A stretch of 64,000 nucleotides of DNA. Source: an uncultured archaeon (GTDB lineage Archaea; Thermoproteota; Nitrososphaeria; Nitrososphaerales; Gagatemarchaeaceae). Shown piece after piece: positions 50,187-60,710 of the stretch. The translations under genes were made by a program, and so were the position numbers. Every line of letters starts with the position of its first letter. The first letter of the stretch is position 1. The notes below the pieces were generated by a model, which did not search any database, was not told where the DNA came from, and was given only the letters and a program-made list of their open reading frames with translations. The stretch is taken from NCBI GenBank assembly GCA_963817525.1, contig CAWFOU010000007.1, positions 1,056,001-1,120,000 on the forward strand, read 5' to 3'.

Positions 50187-51008
50187 TCAGGCTGAGAGCC
50201 CGACGAGCTTGGCGGTCGCATCCCACAGCTCGAGTTGCTTCTTCTCGTCGTAGGACTCGTCCGAAGACCTCTTCTCCTTCTTGTCATCGAAGTACTTGCC
50301 GGTGACCGTCTCGACCTCGGGCGAGGACGCCAGGTAGATCGCGGTCTCCGCCCCCTCCTTCGCGCTCTTCAGGAACGGCCTCGTGATGGCGGGCGGAAGC
50401 CGCAAGATGTGGGTGGCCACGGTGCCCGGGTGCAGACAGTTCGCCGTGACCCCCGTCCCCTGGAGCCTCCGTGAGAGCTCGTAGGTGAACATCACCAGGG
50501 CGAGCTTCGAGTTCGAGTAGGCGCCCCAGCCCGTGGCGACGCCGCCCTTCCTCACCGCGTCGAGGTCGATGTGCCCGTTGAAGTGCCCCACGGAAGAGAC
50601 GTTGACGATGCGAGAGGGGGCGCTCGCCTTCAGCAGGTCCAGCAGAAGGTTGGTGAGGAGAAACGGCGCCAGGTAATCCACGGCGAAGGTCGTCTCGAAG
50701 CCGTCGTCGGTCCTTCCCGAGAAGCTGAAGAGCCCGGCGTTGTTCACGAGCACATGGATATTCCCGTATCGGTTCCTGACCTCCGCCGCCAGCGTCCTCA
50801 CCTCGGCGAGAGAGGAGAGGTCGCAGAGCAACAGGTCGACCGACTCGTTCCGGGACTTTTTCGAGATCTCCGCCCTCACGGCGTCGCCCTTCTCCTTGTT
50901 GCGGCAGACCATCACGACGTTGGCCTTCATCTCCGCCAGAGCGAGGGCGGTCTCCTTCCCCAGGCCGGAGTTCGCGCCCGTGACGATGCAGGTCTTGCCG
51001 TCGAGCAC
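50187..51008 (-). CDS. SDR oxidoreductase (retinol dehydrogenase-like)
   Basis: TGANSGLG, NNAG, YSNSK, LHPG.V.T. Confidence 0.92.
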   Translation of the reverse strand: MLDGKTCIVTGANSGLGKETALALAEMKANVVMVCRNKEKGDAVRAEISKKSRNESVDLLLCDLSSLAEVRTLAAEVRNRYGNIHVLVNNAGLFSFSGRTDDGFETTFAVDYLAPFLLTNLLLDLLKASAPSRIVNVSSVGHFNGHIDLDAVRKGGVATGWGAYSNSKLALVMFTYELSRRLQGTGVTANCLHPGTVATHILRLPPAITRPFLKSAKEGAETAIYLASSPEVETVTGKYFDDKKEKRSSDESYDEKKQLELWDATAKLVGLSA

Positions 51009-51080
51009 GGGTCTAAGCTGGACCCTCCCCCCTTTAAGGGGAGTGCACGACGAGACGGACGAGCCCCGGTGGCGAAGCGC

Positions 51081-51230
51081 CTAGCGAGAGTGGCCGAACC
51101 TGTGCGGGTCCTTGTCGAAGCTGGCCTTACACGCCGCCGAGCAGAAGTAGAACACGTTGCCGTCGTGGGCAGACCTGAACTTCGCCGTCTTCTCGTCCAC
51201 CGTCATGTTGCAGACTGGGTCCTTCGCCAC
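51081..51230 (-). CDS. YHS/TRASH metallochaperone (CopM-like), 49 aa
   Basis: Below the ORF-track cutoff; manual translation MAKDPVCNMTVDEKTAKFRSAHDGNVFYFCSAACKASFDKDPHRFGHSR. Confidence 0.9.
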   Translation of the reverse strand: MAKDPVCNMTVDEKTAKFRSAHDGNVFYFCSAACKASFDKDPHRFGHSR

Positions 51231-51273
51231 TGTTATCTCGACTGAGTCGTCGCCGCCCCTATATGAAAACTAT

Positions 51274-51291
51274 GCTTTACAAACGTAAAGC
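51274..51291. promoter_or_regulatory. Palindrome GCTTTAC-N4-GTAAAGC, candidate copper-regulator operator
   Basis: In the divergent YHS/regulator promoter; repeated at 51947-51963. Confidence 0.7.
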
Positions 51292-51321
51292 CTTTAAGAA
51301 GGCGGCGTCCTCGACCCATCC

Positions 51322-51939
51322 TTGAAGCCTGACGCAATCGATGCCAGGATACTTGGCGCTCTCTTCGAGGACGGGAGGGCGTCCAAAAGGCAGATTGCCA
51401 AGAGGACCTCATTGACAACTCCGACAGTCTCCGCCAGGATGGACAGGATGCTCAAGGCCGGGATGATCAAGAAGTTCGTGCCGATACTCTCGCCAGACTC
51501 AGTCGACCGCGGCGTCTCTGCGATGATAACGCTGAAGGTGACCCCGTCGTCGGTCGAGAAGCTAGCGAGGGACCTCTCTAAGCTGCCAGAGGTCGAGAAC
51601 ATCTACCTCACGACGGGGCACGGGGTGACCATGAAGGTAGCCACAGGCGACGTCGCTGGCCTTCAGACGTTCCTCGGCCGGAGCGTGCTCGCGAGGTCTG
51701 GCGTGAGCGTCGCCTCGAGCCAGATCATAACCAGCGTGGTCAAGGAGGAGCCCGCGCCCCTCTCGTCCGCCGCGCTCACCATGAACTTGGAGTGCGACTA
51801 CTGCCATGAGGAGGTCGCTCGAGCGAGACCTTACACTATCGCCGCCGCCCCGTCGCGCTACTACTTCTGCTGCAAGACTTGCAGGAACGCCTACCTGGAC
51901 AAGTTCGGCTCGAGGCTAGCCAAGACGAAGCGCAACTGA
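51322..51939 (+). CDS. AsnC/Lrp regulator with C-terminal TRASH domain (CopR/CopT-like)
   Basis: D.IDA.IL..L..DGR HTH; CDYC...YYFCC.TC. Confidence 0.88.
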   Translation: MKPDAIDARILGALFEDGRASKRQIAKRTSLTTPTVSARMDRMLKAGMIKKFVPILSPDSVDRGVSAMITLKVTPSSVEKLARDLSKLPEVENIYLTTGHGVTMKVATGDVAGLQTFLGRSVLARSGVSVASSQIITSVVKEEPAPLSSAALTMNLECDYCHEEVARARPYTIAAAPSRYYFCCKTCRNAYLDKFGSRLAKTKRN

Positions 51940-51946
51940 GAGAATA

Positions 51947-51963
51947 GCTTTACATCCGTAAAG
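51947..51963. promoter_or_regulatory. Second CTTTAC-N4-GTAAAG site, upstream of the copA TATA box
   Basis: GCTTTACATCCGTAAAG, then TTTAAG at about 51971 and ATG at 52000. Confidence 0.7.
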
Positions 51964-51999
51964 GCGGGGGTTTAAGACCGCCTGCGCCTTCGCACAGCC

Positions 52000-54162
52000 A
52001 TGGCCTCCGACCCGGTGTGCGGAATGTACGTCGACGAGTCCACAGCGGAGCTGAATGCCCAGGTCAGGGGGGTCACCTACTACTTTTGCAGCGAGAGCTG
52101 CATGCGCGAGTTCCTCGCGCCCGAGAAGGAGCTCCGGAGGCTCAGGCGAGAGCTCGCGGCGGCCGCGCTCCTCTCCGTCCCCATACTCATCCTCACCTAC
52201 GCGAGGGTCCTGCCCGCGCAGACCTCGGAGTACGTCCTCTTCGCGCTGGAGACGCCCCTGCAGTTCGGCGTCGGGCGGAGGTTCTACCAGGGGACCTACG
52301 ACGGAATCAAGAGCAGGATGGGGAACATGGACGCCCTGATCGCGCTAGGCACCTCGGCCGCGTGGGCCTACTCCGCCGCGGTCACCTTCGCCCCGGGCCT
52401 CTTCCCGACGCCCGGGGTCTATTTCGACACGGCCGCCGTCATCGTCACGCTCGCGCTGGCGGGGAGGTACCTCGAGCACGCCACCAAGAGCCGGGCCTCC
52501 GCCTCCCTCAGGAAGCTCATCGACCTCCAGCCCACAACCGCCCGCCTCGTCAGCGGCGACGGCTCGGAGACGGAGGTCCCCGTGGAGCGGGTGAGCGTCG
52601 GGGACACGCTCCTCGTCAAGCCTGGGGAGAGGATACCGGTGGACTGCGTCGTCATCGAAGGCAGGTCTGCCGTCGACGAGTCGATGGTGACTGGCGAGAG
52701 CGTCCCCGCCGAGAAGGGGCCTGGCGACGAGGTGATAGGGGCCACCATAAACAGGACTGGGCTCCTGAAGGTGAGAGCCGACAAGGTCGGGCAGGACACC
52801 ACTCTACAACGGATAGTGAAGCTCGTCGAGGAGGCTCAGGTGGGAAGGGCGCCCATCCAGCGCCTCGCGGACAGGGTCGCCTCATACTTCGTGCCGGTCG
52901 TCATCGCCGCGGCGGCGGTCGCGGGCCTGTCCTGGTTCTACTTCGGCCACATCGGTCTCGACTACTCTGTGCTCGTCTTCGTCTCGGTGGTGGTGATCGC
53001 CTGCCCGTGCGCCCTCGGGGTCGCCACGCCTGCCGCGCTCCTCGTCGGGACGAGCAAGGGGGCGCAGTGCGGCATCCTGATCAAGGGCGGCGAGTACCTC
53101 GAGCGGGCCGGAAAGGTCGACACGGTAGTCTTCGACAAGACGGGGACTCTCACGGTGGGGAAGCCTTCGGTCACCGAGGTCATCCCCTACGGCAGGCTCG
53201 GTCCCGACGAGCTGCTTCACCTAGCCGCCTCCCTCGAGCGAGGCTCGGAACACCCGCTGGGAGAGGCGGTCTTCGACGAAGCGAAGAGCCGCTCCATCGC
53301 CATCTCCGAATCGCGAGACTTCCAGGCAGTCCCCGGGAAGGGTGCGAAGGGTTACGTGGACGGGAAGGCCGTCCTGGTGGGGACCGGGCGCTTTGCAGCC
53401 GAGAGCGGCGTCGACCTCTCAGGCGTGGGGGCGGCATTGGCCAGGCTCGAGGGGGAGGGGAAGACGGTCATGGTCGTCGCCTCCGACGGCAAGGCCGCAG
53501 GGGTGGTCGCGCTCGCCGACACCGTGAGGCCATCCGCGAAGGCCGCGGTGGACGCCCTGAAGGGGATGGGCATCCAGGTTGTGATGCTGACGGGCGACAA
53601 CTCCCGGACGGCGGAAGCCATCGCCCACGAGTTGGGCATCGAGAGGTTCGTCGCCGAGGTCCTCCCGCAGCAGAAGGAGGAAGCGGTAGCGTCGCTGCGG
53701 AAGGAGGGGATGGTGGTCGCGATGGTCGGGGACGGCATCAACGACGCGCCCGCGCTCGCGGCGGCCGACGTGGGAATAGCCATCGGGAGCGGGACCGACA
53801 TCGCGAGGGAGACGGGTGGGATCGTGCTGATCAAGGACGACCTCAAGAATGTGGCCGTCGCCCTCAAGCTCAGCCGGAGCACGCTCTCCAAGATCAGGCA
53901 GAACCTGTTCTGGGCCTTCGCCTACAACGTGGTCCTGATCCCGGTCGCCGCCGGGGCGCTGGTGCCGTTCTTGGGCGCCAGGGTCTACGACGTCCTGCCC
54001 TTCCTTGCTGCCGGCGCGATGGCGGTCAGCTCGGCGACGGTGATCGGAAACTCCCTCCTTCTCTTCCGCTTCAAGCCGGGCTCTTCGGGCTCTGAAAGCA
54101 AATCGGTGGCGAGCTACGGCCGGGTGGGCGACCCCGAAGCCGTGGAGCTAACAGTTAAGTAA
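52000..54162 (+). CDS. copA: Cu(I)-exporting P1B-1 ATPase with N-terminal YHS/TRASH domain
   Basis: DPVCGM..YYFCS..C, TGES, CPC, DKTGT, SEHPL, GDGINDAP, YN, MAVSS. Confidence 0.95.
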   Translation: MASDPVCGMYVDESTAELNAQVRGVTYYFCSESCMREFLAPEKELRRLRRELAAAALLSVPILILTYARVLPAQTSEYVLFALETPLQFGVGRRFYQGTYDGIKSRMGNMDALIALGTSAAWAYSAAVTFAPGLFPTPGVYFDTAAVIVTLALAGRYLEHATKSRASASLRKLIDLQPTTARLVSGDGSETEVPVERVSVGDTLLVKPGERIPVDCVVIEGRSAVDESMVTGESVPAEKGPGDEVIGATINRTGLLKVRADKVGQDTTLQRIVKLVEEAQVGRAPIQRLADRVASYFVPVVIAAAAVAGLSWFYFGHIGLDYSVLVFVSVVVIACPCALGVATPAALLVGTSKGAQCGILIKGGEYLERAGKVDTVVFDKTGTLTVGKPSVTEVIPYGRLGPDELLHLAASLERGSEHPLGEAVFDEAKSRSIAISESRDFQAVPGKGAKGYVDGKAVLVGTGRFAAESGVDLSGVGAALARLEGEGKTVMVVASDGKAAGVVALADTVRPSAKAAVDALKGMGIQVVMLTGDNSRTAEAIAHELGIERFVAEVLPQQKEEAVASLRKEGMVVAMVGDGINDAPALAAADVGIAIGSGTDIARETGGIVLIKDDLKNVAVALKLSRSTLSKIRQNLFWAFAYNVVLIPVAAGALVPFLGARVYDVLPFLAAGAMAVSSATVIGNSLLLFRFKPGSSGSESKSVASYGRVGDPEAVELTVK

Positions 54163-54183
54163 AGCGCGGCCTATTTCCACACG

Positions 54184-54648
54184 ATGCCAAAAGATTCTAT
54201 CGCCGCCGACGCAGGCTCAGCCTCATCGTCTGCCAGGGCTGAGATAATCAGGGGTCTCAACGAAGACCTAGCGAGAGAGTACAAGGCAATCATTCAGTAT
54301 GTCGTCTTCAGTGTAGCGCTAAAGGGCGCCCAGTACAACGACATCGCAGACCAGCTAAAGTTGCACGCGTCGCAAGAGCTCGCGCACGCGCTCGAGGTGG
54401 CCAGACAGATCGACTACCTTGGAGGCGACCCCACGGTGAAGGGAAAGCCCGCGGAGTTCTCGAGCGACTCGAAGAAGATGCTGGAGATCGACCTAAGGGG
54501 CGAGCAAGAAACCATCAAGAACTACCGACAGAGGATCCGGCAGGCAGAGGCCGCGGGGGAATACGCCCTGTCCGAGGCGCTGAGGGACATCATCGCGGAA
54601 GAGCAAGACCACGAGATAGACCTCAAGGACGCGCTCGGCCTGAGATGA
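54184..54648 (+). CDS. Ferritin-like (bacterioferritin-type) protein
   Basis: LNEDLAREY.A.IQY, E..HA, E..TI..Y, EEQDH. Confidence 0.88.
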   Translation: MPKDSIAADAGSASSSARAEIIRGLNEDLAREYKAIIQYVVFSVALKGAQYNDIADQLKLHASQELAHALEVARQIDYLGGDPTVKGKPAEFSSDSKKMLEIDLRGEQETIKNYRQRIRQAEAAGEYALSEALRDIIAEEQDHEIDLKDALGLR

Positions 54649-54683
54649 CCGAGGCTCGTTCGCCAGGCTTGAGTCCGCGGCGT

Positions 54684-55283
54684 CTAGCCTTCGCCTAGGC
54701 CTGTCTGCCCAGACGACCGGCTCTTTGGGCCCTCTTCAGAGGCGATCTGCGCGAGCGACCGTTTGGTTGCCGCCGAGAAGTCATAGTCTTTCGCGTCGTA
54801 TCCTTGCTGCGAGTACTTGTCGCGGTGCTTGATCAGCAGCCAGGACTCCTTTCCCCCGAACCCGGCAGTGCGCACCAGCGCGAACGAGCCCTTCAGCTTC
54901 TTGCCGTAGAGAAAGAACTTCAGGTTCCCGTCGGCGAGGCTCTTCTTCGCCACCTCCTCGGCCTCCTTCTTGTTCACGACCTCCCTCCTCACGCCCTTGC
55001 TCACCTCTACCTCGGGGTCGTACGTCCCCTGGTCCCAGATCATCACCGCGCCGGCGCCGTACCCTCCCTCTGGGAGCACCCCCTCGAAGTGCCTGTAGCC
55101 CATCTCGTGGTCCGTCGTCGGCATCGCGAGCCGCTTCACGCCGCTGTCCAGGGACGGGCCCTTGGGGACCGACCACGAGGGCATCACGCCCCCGACCTCG
55201 AGCCGAAAGTCATAGTGCAGCGAGGTGGCCTTGTGCTTCTGGACCACGAACGCGAGCTTCCCCTTCCTCGGTTTCTTCTCCAA
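54684..55283 (-). CDS. Stand-alone LigD 3'-phosphoesterase (PE) domain protein
   Basis: [45 protein letters not shown]. Confidence 0.92.
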   Translation of the reverse strand: MEKKPRKGKLAFVVQKHKATSLHYDFRLEVGGVMPSWSVPKGPSLDSGVKRLAMPTTDHEMGYRHFEGVLPEGGYGAGAVMIWDQGTYDPEVEVSKGVRREVVNKKEAEEVAKKSLADGNLKFFLYGKKLKGSFALVRTAGFGGKESWLLIKHRDKYSQQGYDAKDYDFSAATKRSLAQIASEEGPKSRSSGQTGLGEG

Positions 55284-55347
55284 ATCTACGCTGTCTCCGG
55301 GTGACCACGCGCACTCCTTTTATCCTTCCGCCAATCCCGCGGCAGTC

Positions 55348-57510
55348 ATGCAGAAGGACTTGCGGCTCAGGGTGGCCGAGACCAGCTCTCGGCTCGTTGG
55401 GCACGGGAAGGCGATGATTGACCCCAAGGTCATGGACGACCTAGGGCTGTCTCCAGGGGACGTCATCGAAATCGTTGGCAAGGGTAAGAAGAGCCACGCC
55501 GTCCTCTGGGCCAGCTATCCTGAGGACCAGGGAAAGGGACTGATACGGATTGACGGATACACGAGAAACAACCTCGGAATCGGGATAGACGACACCGTCT
55601 CGATATCGCCTACCGAGGCCAAGGAGGCGGAGGAGATCGTACTGGCTCCCACCGAGCAGCTCAATATCGAAGGCCTGGAGGAATACCTTCCAGAGGTGCT
55701 CGAGGACCACGTGATGACAAAGGGCGACTCCCTCCCCTTGAACATCATGGGGAAGAAGATCGACTTTATCGTGGACTCCACGAGCCCGGCGGGCGCCGCC
55801 CTCGTCACGCTCGAGACGAGCTTCCGGCTCGGGTCGACTCACAAGCCCCTCAACACTGGAGTCCCCCGCATCACCTACGAGGACCTGGGAGGGCTGACCA
55901 AGGAGATCCAGAAGATCCGCGAGATGATCGAGCTCCCTCTCAGGCACCCGGAGATATTCGAGCGGGTGGGGATAGAGGCGCCCAAGGGGGTCCTCCTCTA
56001 TGGCCCGCCGGGGACGGGGAAGACCCTCCTGGCAAAGGCGGTGGCCAACGAGACGAACGCCAACTTCTACTCGATAGCCGGGCCGGAGATCATGGGCAAG
56101 TACTACGGGGAGAGCGAGGAGCGGCTGAGGGGGATCTTCAAGGAGGCGCAGGAGAACGCGCCGAGCATCATCTTCATCGACGAGATAGACTCTATCGCCC
56201 CCAAGAGGGAGGAGGTCTCAGGAGAACTGGAGAAGAGGATAGTCTCGCAGCTCCTCACCCTGATGGACGGGCTCGAGTCGCGCGGGAAGGTGGTCGTGAT
56301 AGCAGCGACCAACCGGCCGGACGCGCTAGACCCCGCCCTGAGGAGGCCGGGGAGGTTCGACCGGGAGATAGAGATCGGGATACCGGATGAGAAGAGCCGC
56401 CTCGAGATCCTGCAGATCCATACGAGGGGGATGCCGTTGGAGTCTGACGTGAGGCTCGAGGAGATGGCGCGGGTCACCCACGGGTTCGTGGGGGCTGACT
56501 TGCAGGCGCTCGTGAAGGAGGCCGCCCTCCTAGCGGTAAGGAGGGTCATCCCAGAGATAAGCATGGACGAGACCAAGGTCCCGGCGAAGACGCTCAACAA
56601 GATCAAGGTGAGGATGCAGGACTTCCAGGACGCGCTCAGGGAGGTCCAGCCATCGGCGATGAGGGAGGTGCTCGTGCAGGTGCCCAACGTGACGTGGGAG
56701 GACATCGGGGGCCTGACGACCGTCAAGGAGGAGCTGACCGAGGCCGTGGAGTGGCCCCTGAAGTACGGGAAGCTCTTCCTGAAGGGAGACGTCAAGCCGC
56801 CGAAGGGGATACTGCTCTACGGGCCTCCGGGAACCGGGAAGACCCTCATCGCAAAGGCGGTCGCGAACGAGAGCGAGGCCAACTTCATCAGCATCAAGGG
56901 GCCCGAGCTCATCTCAAAGTGGGTGGGCGAGTCCGAGAAGGGGGTGAGGGAGGTCTTCAGGAAGGCGCGCGCGGCGGCCCCCTGCGTCATCTTCTTCGAC
57001 GAGGTTGACGCGATTGCGCCGAGGAGGAAGTCCGGCGAGAGCGACAGCCAGGTGACGGAGCGCGTAGTGAGCCAGCTCCTAACCGAGATGGACGGGCTCG
57101 AGGAGCTGAAGGGTGTGGTCGTCCTGGGCGCGACAAACAGGCCCGACATCATCGACGAGGCCCTCCTGAGGCCGGGAAGGTTTGACAGGCTCCTGCGCAT
57201 CCCGCCGCCAGACAAGGAAGCCAGGATAGAGATCCTCAAGATCCACACGAAGAAGAAGCCGGTGGCGAAGGACGTCGACATCACGAAGCTGGCCGAGCTG
57301 ACCGAGGGCTACACGGGGGCGGAGCTCGCAGCGGTGGCGAACTCGGCCTCCATAGCGGCGATCAAGCAGTACGTGAAGGCCCACGGCAAGGAGGCAGAGC
57401 AGGGCGCCGGGGACCTCACGATCACGATGAGGGACTTTGAGGAGGCCATCAAGGAGACGCGGCGCAAGGCCACGCCGGACACGGGCCGGCAGCGCCCGGG
57501 CCTAGGCTAG
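55348..57510 (+). CDS. cdc48: CDC48/VCP family AAA+ ATPase
   Basis: N-domain plus two AAA modules (GPPGTGKT twice, DE.D twice, RPGRFDR twice). Confidence 0.95.
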   Translation: MQKDLRLRVAETSSRLVGHGKAMIDPKVMDDLGLSPGDVIEIVGKGKKSHAVLWASYPEDQGKGLIRIDGYTRNNLGIGIDDTVSISPTEAKEAEEIVLAPTEQLNIEGLEEYLPEVLEDHVMTKGDSLPLNIMGKKIDFIVDSTSPAGAALVTLETSFRLGSTHKPLNTGVPRITYEDLGGLTKEIQKIREMIELPLRHPEIFERVGIEAPKGVLLYGPPGTGKTLLAKAVANETNANFYSIAGPEIMGKYYGESEERLRGIFKEAQENAPSIIFIDEIDSIAPKREEVSGELEKRIVSQLLTLMDGLESRGKVVVIAATNRPDALDPALRRPGRFDREIEIGIPDEKSRLEILQIHTRGMPLESDVRLEEMARVTHGFVGADLQALVKEAALLAVRRVIPEISMDETKVPAKTLNKIKVRMQDFQDALREVQPSAMREVLVQVPNVTWEDIGGLTTVKEELTEAVEWPLKYGKLFLKGDVKPPKGILLYGPPGTGKTLIAKAVANESEANFISIKGPELISKWVGESEKGVREVFRKARAAAPCVIFFDEVDAIAPRRKSGESDSQVTERVVSQLLTEMDGLEELKGVVVLGATNRPDIIDEALLRPGRFDRLLRIPPPDKEARIEILKIHTKKKPVAKDVDITKLAELTEGYTGAELAAVANSASIAAIKQYVKAHGKEAEQGAGDLTITMRDFEEAIKETRRKATPDTGRQRPGLG

Positions 57511-57519
57511 GCAAGACGG

Positions 57520-57843
57520 TCAGGGCGGCGTCGACGCCGCAGGCTTTTCCTCGTTGAGGAAGCGCTTGATGCCCGTCCCGAACATCAGCATCATGAGCCA
57601 GAAGCCCAGCAGCAGCGCGACCAGCGCGTAGTTGCTGTAGAGGTTGAGGGCGATCAGCCCGGCTGCAATTATCGTCGCCGCAATGAAGTTCGAGAGGCCC
57701 CACAGGACGTTGGTCTTGGACGACGACCTCTGCCCGAACGGGCTCCTGAATATCTTTCCCGCCGCGCCGAAGGTGAAATGGGGGACCCCGTTGCCGAGTA
57801 GGAAGCCCATCACGAAATACCATATGAGGAATAGCTCGACCAC
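57520..57843 (-). CDS. Small membrane protein
   Basis: 3 TM; NGVPHF..G and F.SPF...SS...NV.WG motifs. Confidence 0.65.
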   Translation of the reverse strand: MVELFLIWYFVMGFLLGNGVPHFTFGAAGKIFRSPFGQRSSSKTNVLWGLSNFIAATIIAAGLIALNLYSNYALVALLLGFWLMMLMFGTGIKRFLNEEKPAASTPP

Positions 57844-57845
57844 TG

Positions 57846-58187
57846 CTACGTGCCATCCTGCACGTAGACCGAGTCTCCCTCGACCTCGACCTCGCAGGTC
57901 TTGAGGGGCTGGACGTCTATCTCAGCGACGATCGGCGGCAGGCCCGGCCGGATCCCGCTCACGACCTTGCCGGTGGTGACATCGAACTTGGAGCCGTGCA
58001 TCGCACAGGTAATGATGTTCCCTTCCAGAGTCCCTCTCGCGAGGCTCGCCCTCATGTGGCCGCACGCGTTCTGGGTCGCGTAAATCTTCCCCGCCACGTT
58101 CGAGAGAAGGATGTCCTGGTCGAGCGCCCTCACACGCTTCATGGCACCGACCGGTATCTCGCTGAGCTTTGCCACTTCCACCCGCAT
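57846..58187 (-). CDS. Rieske [2Fe-2S] ferredoxin
   Basis: CGH...CAMHGS.FD..TG. Confidence 0.9.
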   Translation of the reverse strand: MRVEVAKLSEIPVGAMKRVRALDQDILLSNVAGKIYATQNACGHMRASLARGTLEGNIITCAMHGSKFDVTTGKVVSGIRPGLPPIVAEIDVQPLKTCEVEVEGDSVYVQDGT

Positions 58188-58285
58188 CGCTATAACCTGA
58201 TCGACAACGCCGCGCACATGCTATAAGTCTATTCGGCTCGAGCATTCTGCCGCCGGCGGCATCAAGAGGCTGAGAGCCCGGAGCC

Positions 58286-59848
58286 TCAAAGATCCTCCCT
58301 TGCGTTCAGAGACCTTCCCGCGGCGGACAGCAAGTAGTTCAGGATGAGCACGGTGTACGCCAGGGCGGCGACGACGAAGACGGCGGCGAGCAGGACCAGA
58401 GACGACGCGCCGAGGGCGGCGGCGGCAGGCCCCGCGGCCACCACCAGCCCCATTACGGGCGAGACGAGAAGCAGGTTGATGACGGTCTGGTAGAGGAACC
58501 TCTTCACGTCGGTGAGGTCCTGCCCCTGAGCGAGCATGAGGTCGTCCGTCGTGCTCTGCCCGTACCTGGCCGCGAAGTACATCCCTCCTGCCATCATGAT
58601 GGCGGCCACCTCGAGGGCTCCGGGGAGCGAGAGCCCGACCGGGAGGAGCGAAGCGGGGTGCCTCAGGTCGCCCAGAATGAGGGGTGCGCCCACCGCGGCG
58701 GCTACGGGAGAGAGCAGGAGCAGGAGCGGTGTGACCCTCGCGCGGTAGGCCTCCCTCACATATCGGGTCAGGTCGAGCGAGGAGGTCTTGATTATCCAGA
58801 GCCTCTCCTTCTCTAGCCACCTCGCCGCGGTCCCCGACCCGAACGACCCGATGAGGAAGAGTATGAAGAGGAAAGACGTCGGGGACGACTCGAAGACCCC
58901 CGAGAGCGAATAGATCACCATGAAGCCCGCGAGGAAGAGCGTGTTGATCAGCATGCTCCTCGTCTCCTTTGTCCTGCTCATCATCACCCTCTCCTTGGCC
59001 CTCACCACCGCCCACACCGACCTCCCCTGCGTCTCCAGCCTCGACTTGCCCTTCGCGCCAGCCTCTTCGCCTCCGCCGTCGACCGGGTCCTCGAGCCTGA
59101 GCACCTCGTAGAACTGGTCCTTTGACAGCCTCAAGCCCAACGCTAGGAGGCCGAGGAACCAGACGCCGAGGCCCACGAGGCTCAGCCCCGTGGTCGCGCT
59201 CCACCGCGCGCCGCTCACAAAGTCGAAGCTGGCCTGCGCCGCGAGCCCGCTCGGGAGGACGTCGACGACCTCCCCGAGGATGGGCGGCGCGCCCGAGATC
59301 AGCAGGGTGAGGGGGAGGAGGCTGACCGCGACGACCACCGCCATCAGCCCATTCCGAAAGAGCCTCAGCCTCGGCCCGAACCTCGAGTTGAGCGAGAGGG
59401 TGATGTCGGCGCTGAGGAAGAGTCCAAGCACGAAGAACGCCAGGGTCGCTGCTCCGGCCAAGGCGGCGGACGCGACGGGGGTCCCGTATGACTCGGCAAA
59501 CCTCACGTAAAGCGCCAGGATGGGGGGGAACGAAAGGAGCACGGTCGTCACGGAGTTCATTAGCACCTTCGCGGCGAAGACCTCGCGCGGCCTCACCGGG
59601 GAGGTGAAGACGTAGTCGACGTCGGCCGAAGAGACCGGGAGCCCGCTTCCGTTGAACCCGCTCTGAATTAGGCCCACCAGGAAGAGCGCGAAGATCAGGC
59701 TGAGGCTCGCGTCGGATATCCCCGTGCCAAGGCTGAACCTCGAGGAAAAGGAGAGGAAAGTCCCGCCGATGAATACGACGAAGAGCAGCCCGAAGGACTC
59801 GCCAATGATCATCCACACGGCAAGCGCCCTCGTGAAGCGGCCCTTCAT
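58286..59848 (-). CDS. Putative ABC exporter permease
   Basis: Multi-TM; D.DYVFTSP; follows an ABC ATPase. Confidence 0.75.
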   Translation of the reverse strand: MKGRFTRALAVWMIIGESFGLLFVVFIGGTFLSFSSRFSLGTGISDASLSLIFALFLVGLIQSGFNGSGLPVSSADVDYVFTSPVRPREVFAAKVLMNSVTTVLLSFPPILALYVRFAESYGTPVASAALAGAATLAFFVLGLFLSADITLSLNSRFGPRLRLFRNGLMAVVVAVSLLPLTLLISGAPPILGEVVDVLPSGLAAQASFDFVSGARWSATTGLSLVGLGVWFLGLLALGLRLSKDQFYEVLRLEDPVDGGGEEAGAKGKSRLETQGRSVWAVVRAKERVMMSRTKETRSMLINTLFLAGFMVIYSLSGVFESSPTSFLFILFLIGSFGSGTAARWLEKERLWIIKTSSLDLTRYVREAYRARVTPLLLLLSPVAAAVGAPLILGDLRHPASLLPVGLSLPGALEVAAIMMAGGMYFAARYGQSTTDDLMLAQGQDLTDVKRFLYQTVINLLLVSPVMGLVVAAGPAAAALGASSLVLLAAVFVVAALAYTVLILNYLLSAAGRSLNAREDL

Positions 59849-59921
59849 CCAGTAGCGGGCTAGGGTCCAGACCGCGGTCCAACTATTCAGCTGCGGTCAC
59901 TTTCTCCACGGGCTCAGGGGT

Positions 59922-60686
59922 CTACGTCTCGGCGGTGAGCTTGAGGAAGACCTCGTCCAGCCTCGCGTGCTCCCCCGCGTCGGCCATCCGGCGGAGGGTG
60001 TCGAGCGCCCCGAGGGCGACTATGTTCCCCTTGTCGATTATCGCGATCCTCGTGGCGTGGTCCTGGGCGATCTCCAGGTTGTGGGTCGAGAGGAGGACCG
60101 TCGTCCCTCCCTTTCCTTGGGCAGTGATCCAGCTGTTCACGAAGACCTGGGACTTTGGGTCCAAGGCGGTCAGCGGCTCGTCGAGCACGAGCACCTTGGG
60201 GTCGTGGAGGGTCGCCGCTATGAGCGCCACCTTCTGCTTCATCCCCTTCGAGAGCGTGGTCAGGAGCGCGTCCTCCTTCTCCTCGAGGGAGAACGTCATC
60301 AGCGCCTCGGAGATCTTGTTCCGGAGGACGTCGTCGGGCACATCCCTTATCTTTCCCAGAAACCTGAGGAACTCGCTCACGGTCAGGCCAGTGTAGAGCG
60401 AGGGGTTCTCTGGAAGGTAGCCGACGTTCCTCTTCGCGTCTTCGGGGTCCTTTGCGACGTCCACCCCGCCCACCTTCACGTAGCCCGAGGTGGGACGGAG
60501 TATGCCCACGACGATCTTCATCAGGGTGCTCTTCCCGGCGCCGTTCGGCCCTAGGAGGCCGAGGACCTCCCCCTTGGCGACCTCGAGCGAGACCCCGTTG
60601 AGGGCGACTACCTTCCCGTACGTCTTCGTCAGGTTGGAGACCTCGATCTCGATTTCTTGCAACGGCCTAGCCTCCAAAGTCAACAC
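59922..60686 (-). CDS. ABC transporter ATP-binding protein
   Basis: GPNGAGKS, LSKGMKQK, LDEP, STH. Confidence 0.93.
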   Translation of the reverse strand: MLTLEARPLQEIEIEVSNLTKTYGKVVALNGVSLEVAKGEVLGLLGPNGAGKSTLMKIVVGILRPTSGYVKVGGVDVAKDPEDAKRNVGYLPENPSLYTGLTVSEFLRFLGKIRDVPDDVLRNKISEALMTFSLEEKEDALLTTLSKGMKQKVALIAATLHDPKVLVLDEPLTALDPKSQVFVNSWITAQGKGGTTVLLSTHNLEIAQDHATRIAIIDKGNIVALGALDTLRRMADAGEHARLDEVFLKLTAET

Positions 60687-60710
60687 GGCGAGCCGCGCGG
60701 GCTCGGCGTC

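Noticed and set aside
52017-54095. Long overlapping alternative-frame ORFs (also 35107-37047, 58221-59882, 660-1571, 41747-43045)
   Set aside because: Arg/Gly/Pro-rich shadow ORFs produced by high GC3; no motifs.
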